Shown here: positions 22,076-32,000 of the stretch, in pieces | Numbering within the stretch: the stretch's first letter is position 1 | How the letters are laid out: every line of letters starts with the position of its first letter | From: Candidatus Saccharimonadota bacterium | GTDB taxonomy: Bacteria; Patescibacteriota; Gracilibacteria; BD1-5; UBA2023 | Direction: 5' to 3' | Length of the DNA stretch: 32,000 nucleotides | NCBI GenBank assembly: GCA_046350815.1 | Contig: JAXLZO010000001.1 | Span: 1,140,001 to 1,172,000, forward strand | Translations under genes and position numbers: made by a program | Notes under the pieces: generated by a model | Told to the model about the DNA's origin: nothing | The model's database searches: none | Seen by the model: the letters and a program-made list of their open reading frames with translations, nothing else

Positions 22076-22080
22076 AAAAA

Positions 22081-23121
22081 TTATCCTTGGGCTTCCCAAT
22101 GAAGGAAGATCATGTCTTTTTTTATCTCGAATATATCTCAATTTTGATATTTTTTCCGAAGATTTTTCCGAATAGTTCGAAGGAGCGAAGTTCTAATATT
22201 TTCTCCTTGAATATCATTTGCACTCAAATATTTAAATGTGCTTCTACTGCATTGATCCCAAAAATTGACCAATTCTCAAACAGTTATCTTCTTGGTATCT
22301 GGAAAGCATGTAAAATATTGAGCAAGAAAAGAGAGAAATTCACTAGCCTTACTTTTTTTAAGAATAAAAATATGGTTATTAATGAAAAGCTTTCAATCCC
22401 TAAAGGAAACCTGAGAGACATATTCTTTTGATTCTGATCTCTTTAAGTCATCGATAAGATTTTGTATAGTTTCACTATCGGCATGAAATGAACAAGTTGC
22501 ATGATATGATTTATCAAGATTGAGTTGCCTATTGAGTTCATCTTCACCAATATCATCCTCAATCTTTTCTTTTATCAAGTCTAATATTTCTGAGACTTCT
22601 GTTTGAGAAATAGAAGTCTCCATAATTGGTGGCAGGGTTGTAGGTATGGGTTTTATGAACTTCTCAAAAGAGAGCTGAATTTGTCTTTTCCCTTGTTTAT
22701 CGACGGTAAAATACCCTTCTTTTTCTCCCATTTGAAGGATATTTTCTGATATATTTTTATGAACTATTTCTATGACACCAATATTGTGAAGTTCTTTGAT
22801 GGTATTACGTCTTTCCCCCGCTATTCGTGCAAATGCGGTTGCATCTGGAAAAAACTGATTACTAAAAATATTTTCAGAATAGTGATTTGTTTTCTTATAG
22901 GTTAATAAGCAGCATCCATCGAGCATATCTTGTTCAGGCAATGGCATATCTTCACCATTCTCCTCCTCGTATATTTTCCGAAGCTTCTGAATCTCCACTT
23001 TTATTCAATAAGATGTCTTTATAGCCAATAAAATATCTTGAAATAGATCTCGTATTATCATCTTTTCAAGGGAAGATTTTGTATTGTAATATTTAAGGAA
23101 TTTTGTGAAGTGTTGGTTCAT
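22081..23121 (-). CDS. Hypothetical protein (up to 346 aa; start uncertain: ATG 23121, ATG 23061 or GTG 22998)
   Basis: The frame of track ORF 22393-22998 continues through two TGA codons to TAA 22081-22083, checked codon by codon. It starts 43 nt downstream of res on the same strand. I recognise no domain with confidence. Confidence 0.5.
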
Positions 23122-23164
23122 GATTAAATTTTCTATACCAAATATTAATCTCTAAAGTTTTTTC

Positions 23165-26100
23165 TTAAATAAGAATCTTCTGAACCAGATCATCGAAACT
23201 TCGTATCACATCATACTTCACATCAGTGTGGCAGAGAGACTCAAAATGTTTTTTTGCATATCGAATTTTCAGATCTTCTGTACCTTTGAGATCAAGTGAA
23301 CTCAAACTTCACTTTGTCTCAGCTATGAAGTATATGTACTTCACATCAGACCTATCAAATACGATTGCCCAGTCAGGATTATAATTCCCTACAGGAGTAG
23401 ATATCTTAAATCCACTCGGGAGCTTCGCATATACAAGTACTTGCTCAGTCTCTAGTTCTGAGGCAAAACTTCTTTCTACTTGCGAATCAGTTTTTACATA
23501 GTCATAGATATGCTTATTCACTCGGAGGATATTTTCCTTGAGAGATCCTCTAAAATTCTTAAGTGTAAAAATATCAGTCGAATACTTCTGATCCGTTTTT
23601 GTATAAGTGATATTACTGATAAGTGTGGATGCTTTTTGTTCTTCGATAAGTCGAGAAACTTTTTTGATAAAGTCTTCAGGATTCTCACGGAAAAGTGAGA
23701 ACTTCAGTTCGTGTATCCGCCTCAGGATTTCTGCAATAGTTCATCTGCGAAGGTTGGTATTCTTTGCAATCTCTCACACGAGATCATAGCGAATATTACC
23801 GAGGATATTTGAAGTAAGATTGGTTTGCCTTTCGAGCTTTGTGAGACTTGTATGTGATCTTAAGCTTTCTTCATCGATAGTGTCATTTTGTGTTGCAATT
23901 GTAACACTAACCGTAACTCGATTAACTTCTAAGTGAGCATTCAAACTCTCGACACTTTTCTCTATGAGTTCTTTACTATCAAAGTCTACTTCATATGCAG
24001 TGATGGTATTGATTTTGGACCAGAGATCTTGGAACTCTTTCTTCGAGAAGTTATCATTTGGTTTTAGTATTGCTTCATTCACATTGTCTTCCCGACCATC
24101 ATCTACCGCCTTATAGTTATCTGTCGAGTATACATCTTGAACTATCTTCACGATCTCAGGAGTGAATGAAGAAAACTCTGTCGGGACTGCAAATATTTTC
24201 GATTCGATATCTGCGATACATTTCTCTGTAACCTTATAATCAGAATCAAGATATCCCTTCATCTTCATATCGAAGATAAGGTTCATAGAACTCGAGTCAT
24301 CAAATATAAATTTCTCTCCGAGATCATTTTTGAGTACTCGACCCTTAAAGACATCGGTTGTCAGTTTTCTCGGACGATTCGAGAGAGTGTCTAGGATCTC
24401 TTTCTGTAGCTCACTCGCAAACGTCTCATACGATTCGCTCGCAACTACCGTGAGAGTGTTATAGTCAAAGAACTCATTCTCGAGAGTATGATGATCCATT
24501 CGATCACCGTTTGCATTGACACAAATTCGGAGTCATCGTCCTATCTCTTGTCTCTTACTGATAGTAGACTGTGACATCTTGAGTGTACATATCTGGAATA
24601 CATTCGGATTGTCCCATCATTCACGAAGTGCAGAATGAGAAAAAATAAACCTGGTCGGCTCCTCAAAACCAAGGAGAACTTCCTTCTTTTTCATAATGAG
24701 ATCGTAGGCTGAGATATCATCACTTCCGCCTTCTCATTTTTTCTCACTCGAATCTATGAATTTTCACTTCTTGTCTACTGAGAAGTATCCATTATGAACA
24801 TCACTCGCCTTGAATCTCTCAAGATATTTTCGATAGTCTCATTCAAAAAGAGTTTGCTCACGAAGTATATCCTCGTATTCCTCTTCAAAAATCTGAGCAT
24901 ATTCTCCTGGTATAGGATTTCCTGATTCATCATACCCACGATACTTTGCCACTTCATCTATGAAGAAAAGTGAGAGTACCTTGATCCCTTTATGGAACAT
25001 AGTACGCTCTTTCTCGATATGGGACTTGATCGTCTCTCGTATCTGGATACGTCGGATATGCTTATCATCCACATTTCCCATAGCTTGTCAGACTCGGATA
25101 GTGACGCCATTGGTGAATGATACTGTGTTCGTAATTCCGTTGATCTCCTTCACGATGAATCCTCTATACTGTTCGAGTTCACCTGATAGCTCATAGAGAT
25201 TGTCTCATTCTTCTACTTTTTTGAGTACTTTCTTGATCCCTGAATCTTGCTTTATTTCCATCTCCATCTTGATATGTGCGGATGGAAAACTCTTGGTGCT
25301 GATATTGATACGGTCAAGGAAGAGGAAACTATTTGTCCCCACATTTCCGACTACTTCGATTCATTTCACATTGATTTTCTTTACGAGCTTTTGATTATAT
25401 GCATCGATAGCATCGAGCCTGTATATTTTATTGAAGTCTTGTTTGTGTGTCGCTGAATACCTTAGGGTGAAAAGTGGATGAAATTCATGAAGGGTATTCT
25501 CAGCCTTATCTCAGAATCTTTGAGGCTCATCGATAATGAGTATTGGATGAGTTCACTTGATTATATCGATAGGCTTTTGTGATCCGAGACTATCAAGAGT
25601 TTGGTATATCTTTTTTGATTCTTTACTGGTTGTCGCAAATGCCTGATAGTTCATGACGATCACTTCGATATTGGCACTCGATGAAAAGTTCTTGATGTTT
25701 ACGAGATTGGATTTGTTCCCAGTATCATAGATAAAAAATCGAATCTTCTTTCCATAGAGTTCCTGGAAGTGCTCGGCGGTGATCTCGAGTGACTTATTCA
25801 CTCATTCACGGATAGCAATCGATGGTACCATGATAATGAACTTACTCCACCCATATTGCTTGTTGAGTTCGAATATCGTCTTCGTATAGACATAGGTCTT
25901 ACCTGTTCCTGTCTCCATCTCGATAGTAAAATTCTTTCCTCACTCGAGCTTCTTCGAGACAGGGAGTCATGATTCATTTTGGATGTTATTGATATTGGAA
26001 AGGAGAGTTTCTTCGGATATCTCGAGTGGCTTATTCGAAAACATCTCTTCTATTTCGATTCTTTTTCCGAAAAGATTATCATCTATCACTCTTCGATCTG

Positions 26101-26200
26101 CGATATCCTTTCGGAATCCTTTGGTTTGTCATACAAAACAATTCACCACCGCATTGGTAGCATCGTTTTGATATCATTGTTGTTTGAATTTGAGTTTCAT
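23165..26200 (-). CDS. res: Type III restriction-modification system, restriction/helicase subunit (1011 aa)
   Basis: ATG at 26200, TAA at 23165-23167; joins track ORFs 25553-25801, 24839-25081, 23774-24499 and 23309-23521. Motifs: [11 protein letters not shown] (Walker A), LIIDEPQRF (DEPx motif II), [34 protein letters not shown] (motif VI). C-terminal PD-(D/E)xK nuclease is YNPDWAIVF...YFIAETK. About 18 in-frame TGA. Confidence 0.92.
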
Positions 26201-26218
26201 AGATTCTGTATGGTGCGA

Positions 26219-28171
26219 TTATATAACTCGGATATCTGTTTCAGGTGAGAGCTTCGAGAATCTTGTCTCGAAATTGATACGATCGGCATCACTCTGAAAA
26301 CTCGAATCCCTAAATACGACTCGCAGTGGACGGAGTGAGGCAATCTCATCGACGAGTGCGAAGTCTACGTGATCATCGAAACATGCTATGAGAGAGTCAC
26401 AAGCCACGGAGTATATCGTAGCACCATGAGACACTCGCTTCTCTATCGGGAGATCGAGCGTGAGACCGAGGTCGAGCATCACCTGAGTGAGGAGATCATC
26501 TCCAGTTCTATCTTCACGGATATTGCTCTCCATCTCGAAGAGTCTATCCTGAGTCACCTCTGTTGGATGATAGTAGACATCCTTCATATTCGATGTATCG
26601 AGACGATACACACGGAATCCGATATCCAGATTTTCGATACCCTCTTTATCTTTATTCTCTTCGACTATCTTCTTCCCGGCTCTGCGTATGCGCTCCTTGC
26701 CGATCTCACAGATATTACTATATCCTGCCTTATATGCCTCACTCTCCTTATCTGTTTCCTCTGGTATCTGCACCATGATGAACTTCCTATTCCCTTCATC
26801 TTCAGCATTAAGCTGTATCACTGCATGGGCTGTAGTAGCTGAGCCTGAAAAGAAGTCGAGAATGATATCTCATTTTTGACATAACGAATCGATCATTTTA
26901 TTTACTACATTTACTGGTTTAGGATTGTCAAATGGTAATCCAAGAGCATCATCACTACCTCAAAAATATAATAGAGATGATACATTCTCAAATAGGTTCT
27001 CTTCAAGAAAGTACATTCTTCTGGGTTGGACAGTATTATCATTTCCAAAATATATTTGATTTTGTTTTAATAATGCATCCATAGAACTATCAGTAAATCT
27101 CCATCATTTTTCAGGAGTTGGACATGGTAATTTTGTTATAGGGTGGACTAATGGTCTATGTGAACGTGTCTCGGGTTTATCTGGAGCTGCCATAGATACA
27201 GATTGAAACACTCTTCAACTATCGGATATCAAATTGTATGCCTTTTCTCATTCGCTAAAGTTTTGCATAGATATCCAATCTTTAAATTCAAATCTAACTA
27301 AATCCGAAATTCATCAATGTTTAGATATAAGTTGCTTAGCTTTTTTTATTATCTTCTCAGCATTTTCTTTCTTTCTTTTAAAATCATTTCAATTTTTGAA
27401 ACTTTCTTTGTTTTTACAATAAAATAAAATGGATTCATGTTGTTGTGCAATTCCGACAACTTCTCATTTTGGATTTCTTTTATCCCATATTATTGTTCAA
27501 AGGTTATTCTCTTCACCAAATATCTCACTTAATATTTTATCGAGATTTGTATATTCATTCTCATCCATATGTATAACAATAGCTCCGTTATCGGAAAGTA
27601 AGTCTCTCGCTACTACGAGTCGCTCATACATCATCGAGAGCCAGTCACTATGGAATCGACCATTGGTATCTGTATTTTTCACGAGTCGTCCTCACTCCTC
27701 ATCTACTATCTCGAGTCACTCCTCATATTCATCTTTCGATACTTTGAAGTTATCGGTATAGACGAAATCCTTTCCAGTATTGTACGGAGGATCGATATAG
27801 ATCATCTTCACTTTCCCGAGATAGGATTCCTGGAGGACCTTCAGGACTTCGAAATTATCTCACTCGATATAGAGATTCTCTGTCGTATCCCAGTTCACAC
27901 TGTCCGCGACTACTGGACGGAGAGTCTTAGAGATCGGGGTATTTGCCTTTAGGATACTCGCTCGCTTTCCTGGCCAGTCGAGACGATATCGTTCTTCTCC
28001 TCACTCTACGAGTGTTGACGAGAACATCTGACGGAAGAGATCATAGTCGATAGCTTTCGTGATAGTGCCATCAGCGTTCTCAGTCTCGGTGATGATATTC
28101 GGGAAGAGTTTGGCGAGAGCTTCGATATTTGCCTGTATGATATCAGGAGTGAGCATGTCGAGTTTTTGCAT
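26219..28171 (-). CDS. mod: Type III R-M Mod subunit, N6-adenine DNA methyltransferase (650 aa)
   Basis: ATG at 28171, TAA at 26219-26221; joins track ORFs 27497-27682 and 26219-26821. Motifs: [12 protein letters not shown] (DPPY motif IV), [48 protein letters not shown] (FxGxG SAM motif). The central segment (about 26900-27450) is AT-rich and presumably the target-recognition domain. Confidence 0.92.
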
Positions 28172-28182
28172 AGGGAGAGAGG

Positions 28183-28809
28183 TTATGAGATGGTGAGATT
28201 TGAGAGTTCTTTTTCTTTTTCCTTTAGGAGGACATTCAGGGATACTTTTTTCTTGAACTGTTTCTCGGTGGATATCTTATTCTGGAGTGCTTGGATTTCG
28301 TTTTTGAGTGTCGTAATCTTTCGTTCTGTGGCAACTATCTCTTCGAAGTCATGCGAGTCTATCGGTGCTTCTCGGATAAATTTCTTGATAATATTTTGGT
28401 AGACTTTCTCGAGTGTGATACCATGGAAATCGAAATCGATTTGCTCGTCCCATTCGGAGAAATAGTAGGATTTATTTGGATCATTCTTCAGAGTGATACC
28501 ATACGCTCTACTATCCGCATAGGTGAAGAGATAGAGTATCGGATATGGTATGAGTGTATCTATGACCTTCAGGACGGATATAGGTATCTTTTTTTCCTTG
28601 AGTTCTATCTCGAAAATCTGGAGTTCTTCGACCAGTGGAGTCGGAGGGATAGAGAGTGTCTCGTGTGAGAGTTTATATTTCCAAGTGATCTTTGCGATAG
28701 CATCAGTGAACTCGTCTTTTATCCTCGTTCAAAGAGAACCTTTTCTGAAAAATGTAATTTTCGGAATAGGCTTATCTACTTTGCAAGATGGAGGGAGAAG
28801 GAGTTCCAT
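28183..28809 (-). CDS. DUF4391-like protein (208 aa), unknown function
   Basis: ATG 28807-28809 overlaps the SNF2 stop (TAATG). TAA at 28183-28185 lies 11 nt before the mod ATG. Sequence features: IPKITFFRKG..., ITWKYKLSHETLSI, VEELQIFEIELKEKKIPISVLKVIDTLIPYPILYLF, and a C-terminal coiled coil. The DUF4391 (PF14335) call is from memory of that family and its usual position between an SNF2 helicase and a methylase. Confidence 0.55.
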
Positions 28810-31800
28810 TATCGTATGATAACAAAGGTAATGAGTTCGAAGTCTTTGAGTCACTTTATCGTACCGAGGAGTGCAGTCGTGCCACCAGGAGTGAAGAGAC
28901 TATCGATATCTGATTCATCTTTCACATGGATGATAGACTCGATCGATGCTGAGAGTAGAGCCGAGTATTCGTCCATATTCTTTCCGTCATTGGTTTCTTC
29001 ATTGAAGATTTCAAATACTTCTCGTATCGGTTCAGAATGTCACTTCGAGAGAACCTTGAGGATATCGAGTGTTGCTTTTACATTCAGATGATTCGATAGG
29101 ACTTCACCATTTCGACTGATATAGACTATGTAGAAAGGATGGAGCTGATTCGTATTCTCGATATTTATATCTTTGTTGATATTCTTTAGGACGAATATCG
29201 CACCCTCTTCGATACCACGAGCAGGATCTTTTTTGCAGACCGTGTGCATACCGTTTGGGACTCATTCGAAAGTTCACTTTTCATTTATGTAGTTGATGAG
29301 ATCCATGCGGAAATCATTGAGTCCGAGATCCATGATCGAGATACCACTATCCATGTCTTCGATATCTACGACTTCTTCTTGGAGCTTCTCGAGTTGTTTT
29401 TTACGGAAGAGGAGATCACTCGATTCATTTGTCAGGACATTATCTTCACCTGTAGCGGTTGCATCTACGATATACATGCGATTCTCGACTCGAGACTTGA
29501 GGTTGATATAGTCATCGAGAGAGAGTTGTGGCCAGAAGTTCACGAGCTGTATATCTGTATTCTTCGAGCCTATTCGATCAACTCGTCAGAATCTCTGGAT
29601 GATACGTACAGGATTCCAGTGGATATCATAGTTCACGAGCATATCACAGTCTTGGAGATTTTGTCACTCCGAGATACAGTCAGTTGCTATGAGGATATCG
29701 AGTTCCTGCTTATGAGCTTCACTTTCTCTGCGTTGTTTTGATATTGGTGAGAAGTGTATGAGGAGATTGTTGAACTGTTTATCGAGCGGGATACTACATT
29801 CATTGGTACCACTTCCTGTGATCTTCGCCGATGCGAGTCAGAGTGAGGTCGTAAATGGTGTAAGATGCTTGAAGAGGTAGTTCGCTGTGTCTGCAAAGGC
29901 TGTAAATATCAGAACCTTTTTATTTCCTAGATTTATAGGATTCTTGAGTTTGTGAGCTATCAGGTCTTTCAGATCATTCAGTTTGCTATCATGTGCAGGT
30001 GTGACTTTTTCCATCTCTTCGAGGATTTCCCGAGCAACGATAAGATCCTGCAAGAGGTCTTGCTTCCACCCGAGAGTATTCATATCTGCGAGATTGATTT
30101 TAACTTTATCTCAGATACTGAAGTCATCGCTGAGCCAATCATCATTCTCTTCATCGAGATTCGCATCATCGACTTGGACAAATTCTGTCTGCACTTGTAT
30201 GCCATCTCTCTCGAAGTCATCGATACTCTTGATGATTCACTCGACACTCGTGATAAACTTCGTGAGTGTGATACGAAATGAATCCACTGAACTCTCGAGA
30301 CGCTTCAGAAGATTGATTTTCATGAGCTTCTGGAGACTTTTTTCTCGGGTTGTCTGCTTGAGTGTACTATTCTCAGTGATGTTGGTATCATAGAGTTCGC
30401 TATAAAAAGATCTCTTCGTCGGAAGTAGATAATCAAATGGCGTGTATACTGCCATGTTGAGACGAGAGAGTTCTCCATAGAGTTCCTTGATCTCCATGAA
30501 GCCTGCAATATCTGTGATACCAGAACGGATTGTTTTCGGAGGGAGTCGATTCGGGAACTTTCCTATCTTCTCAGTTTCATAGTATTTTTCTATATGCCTG
30601 CGACTTCTCGCTATCGTTATAGAATCAAGAAGCTTGAAGAAATCAAAATTGGTATTGAGTCTTCGAAGTAATTCCGCTGGAGTTCTTTCATCGATATCGA
30701 GCTTAGACCACTCATTGAATGTCTTTTGTGCATTGGCGAGTATGGTATTGATAGATTTTGTCACATCCATCTTCTCATCGACCATATCTGTATGCCCCTC
30801 ATAGGCCAGAGCGATTTGATTTTTGAGATCAGTAAATCGATTATTTACAGGTGTTGCTGAGAGCATCAGCACTTTTGTCTTCACTCAAGCCCTCATTACA
30901 TCTTGGAGGAGTTTTTGGTATCGTGTGACTTTATCTTTTCTCGGTGAGTTATTACGAAAGTTATGAGACTCATCGATCACGACAAGATCATAATTTCCCC
31001 AGTTTACACGAGAGAGGTCTATACCATTGGATTCTCAGCGTGTCCTTCAGAGGTCTGTATGATACAGAACATCATAATTGAAGCGGTCTTTTACGAGCGG
31101 ATTGTCTTCATAGTTATTCAGAAACGTGAGCCAATTATCTCCGAGCTTCTTTGGACAGAGGACGAGGATGCTCTTATTTCTTTCTTGATAATATTTTATC
31201 ACACCAAGTGCTGAGAAGGTCTTTCAGAGTCAGACACTATCGGCAAGGATACAACCATTAAATCTCTCGAGCTTGTTGATAACCCCGAGTACCGCGTCCT
31301 TCTGAAAATCATAGAGCTTATTCCAAATAACAGACTCCTTAAATCCAGTTCTCTCATTAGCAAGCTCATCTTCAGTAATGTCTTCCAGAAACTCATCGAA
31401 GATATTGTAGAGAGTCAGATAGTATATAAACTCAGGAGAGTTTTCTTTATAGAGATTTGATATATATTCCTCAACTTCCTTCGTGATATCCTGAAGAGTA
31501 TCTTTATCATTCCATACTTGCTCGAAAGTATCGAGAAAACTTTTTGTCATCTCGTATTCGTCTATCTTCATCACATTTCTGATAAGAGAGTTATCGTTCT
31601 CAAATCCAAAACCTGCACTACTAAACTCATCGATTCACTGATACGCTGTAATATCATTCTCATTTTCCACGAGAAACTGAGTCTGCATGTATCTATTTGA
31701 TACATTGGATCTAAATTCTACCTTTCACTCAATCCATTTTTTACACTCTTTTGCGATAGCTCGTCACTTAAGCTCATTCTTGAGATTGATTTCGAACTCT

Positions 31801-32000
31801 GAACCACTTACAGCTTTCTTAATATTGTTTGCATAGATCTCGAACATCCTCTGCTCCTTTTTAATCGACTCTCTCTCAATAAAGGCTGAATCAGTAAATA
31901 TAAATTTCATCCTCTCTACACTTTGTAGCTCTGTCCTGAGGCTATCGAATCCATATATGGAAAATATTGAAGCTGCAATATTGAGTCTGGAGCCTTTTTT
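28809..32000 (-). CDS. SNF2-family helicase-related protein (partial; 5' end beyond the right edge, more than 1060 aa in window)
   Basis: One frame is open from 32000 to TAA 28809-28811; joins track ORFs 31230-31574, 30237-30884, 29838-30083, 29274-29543 and 29040-29249. Motifs: ILADSV-G-LGKTFSA (motif I), DLVVIDESHNFRN (DExH), MLSATPVNN (III), IATDCISEGQNLQDCDMLVNYDIHWNP (V), IQRFGRVDRIGS (VI). An N-terminal extension upstream of the helicase core is unassigned. Confidence 0.88.

Larger units (their letters stand above)
19063..32000. mobile_element. Putative integrative element / defence island inserted at tRNA-Arg (right boundary outside window)
   Basis: A serine integrase abuts and overlaps the tRNA 3' end, followed by a Rep_trans-like initiator, an ori-like hairpin cluster and a restriction-modification-type operon. 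Housekeeping genes (tig, dnaE) lie only to the left. No second att repeat is visible in the window. Confidence 0.6.

Noticed and set aside
27340-27352. Poly-A/T tract in mod as a phase-variation switch (as in some type III mod genes)
   Set aside because: It is only about 7-8 nt in an AT-rich gene. That is too short and too common in this composition to claim slipped-strand regulation.
1-32000. Interpreting the many same-frame ORF fragments (dnaE, res, mod, SNF2, surface proteins) as pseudogenes or frameshifted relics
   Set aside because: The interruptions are exclusively TGA, never TAA or TAG. The frame never shifts, and the TGAs sit on conserved glycines. This is codon reassignment, not decay.
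1-32000. CRISPR arrays, rRNA genes, IS elements with terminal inverted repeats
   Set aside because: I saw no regularly spaced direct repeats, no rRNA-like conserved blocks and no transposase-like ORFs on either strand.

Overview
Low-GC bacterial window, almost entirely minus-strand coding, in which in-frame TGA is a sense codon. The standard-code ORF track cuts single genes (dnaE, a type III Res/Mod pair, an SNF2 helicase, a 5.7-kb surface protein) into same-frame pieces separated only by TGA. Those TGAs fall on family-invariant glycines, so I re-threaded every gene with UGA=Gly (translation table 25). That code points to Gracilibacteria/Absconditabacteria-type CPR bacteria. Left half (1-19100) is chromosomal backbone: two adjacent giant PKD-repeat surface proteins, a solute-binding protein, a HIT hydrolase, a zinc-ribbon protein, dnaE, a tandem pair of unknown paralogs, a dCMP-deaminase-like protein, a CDF transporter, trigger factor and tRNA-Arg(CCU). 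Right half (about 19060 to beyond 32000) looks like an integrated element at the tRNA. It carries a large serine recombinase whose 3' end overlaps the tRNA, a Rep_trans-like initiator, a GC-richer multi-hairpin non-coding element, and a tightly coupled operon: SNF2 helicase, DUF4391-like protein, type III Mod, type III Res, unknown protein. Most unusual observation: the two tandem paralogs (14260-14937, 15101-15850) behave like standard-code genes inside a UGA=Gly genome. They have no internal TGA, their conserved C-termini end exactly at a TGA followed by an intrinsic terminator, and they have canonical SD and TTGACA promoters that the other genes lack. All domain assignments are from motif recognition by eye; no searches were run.
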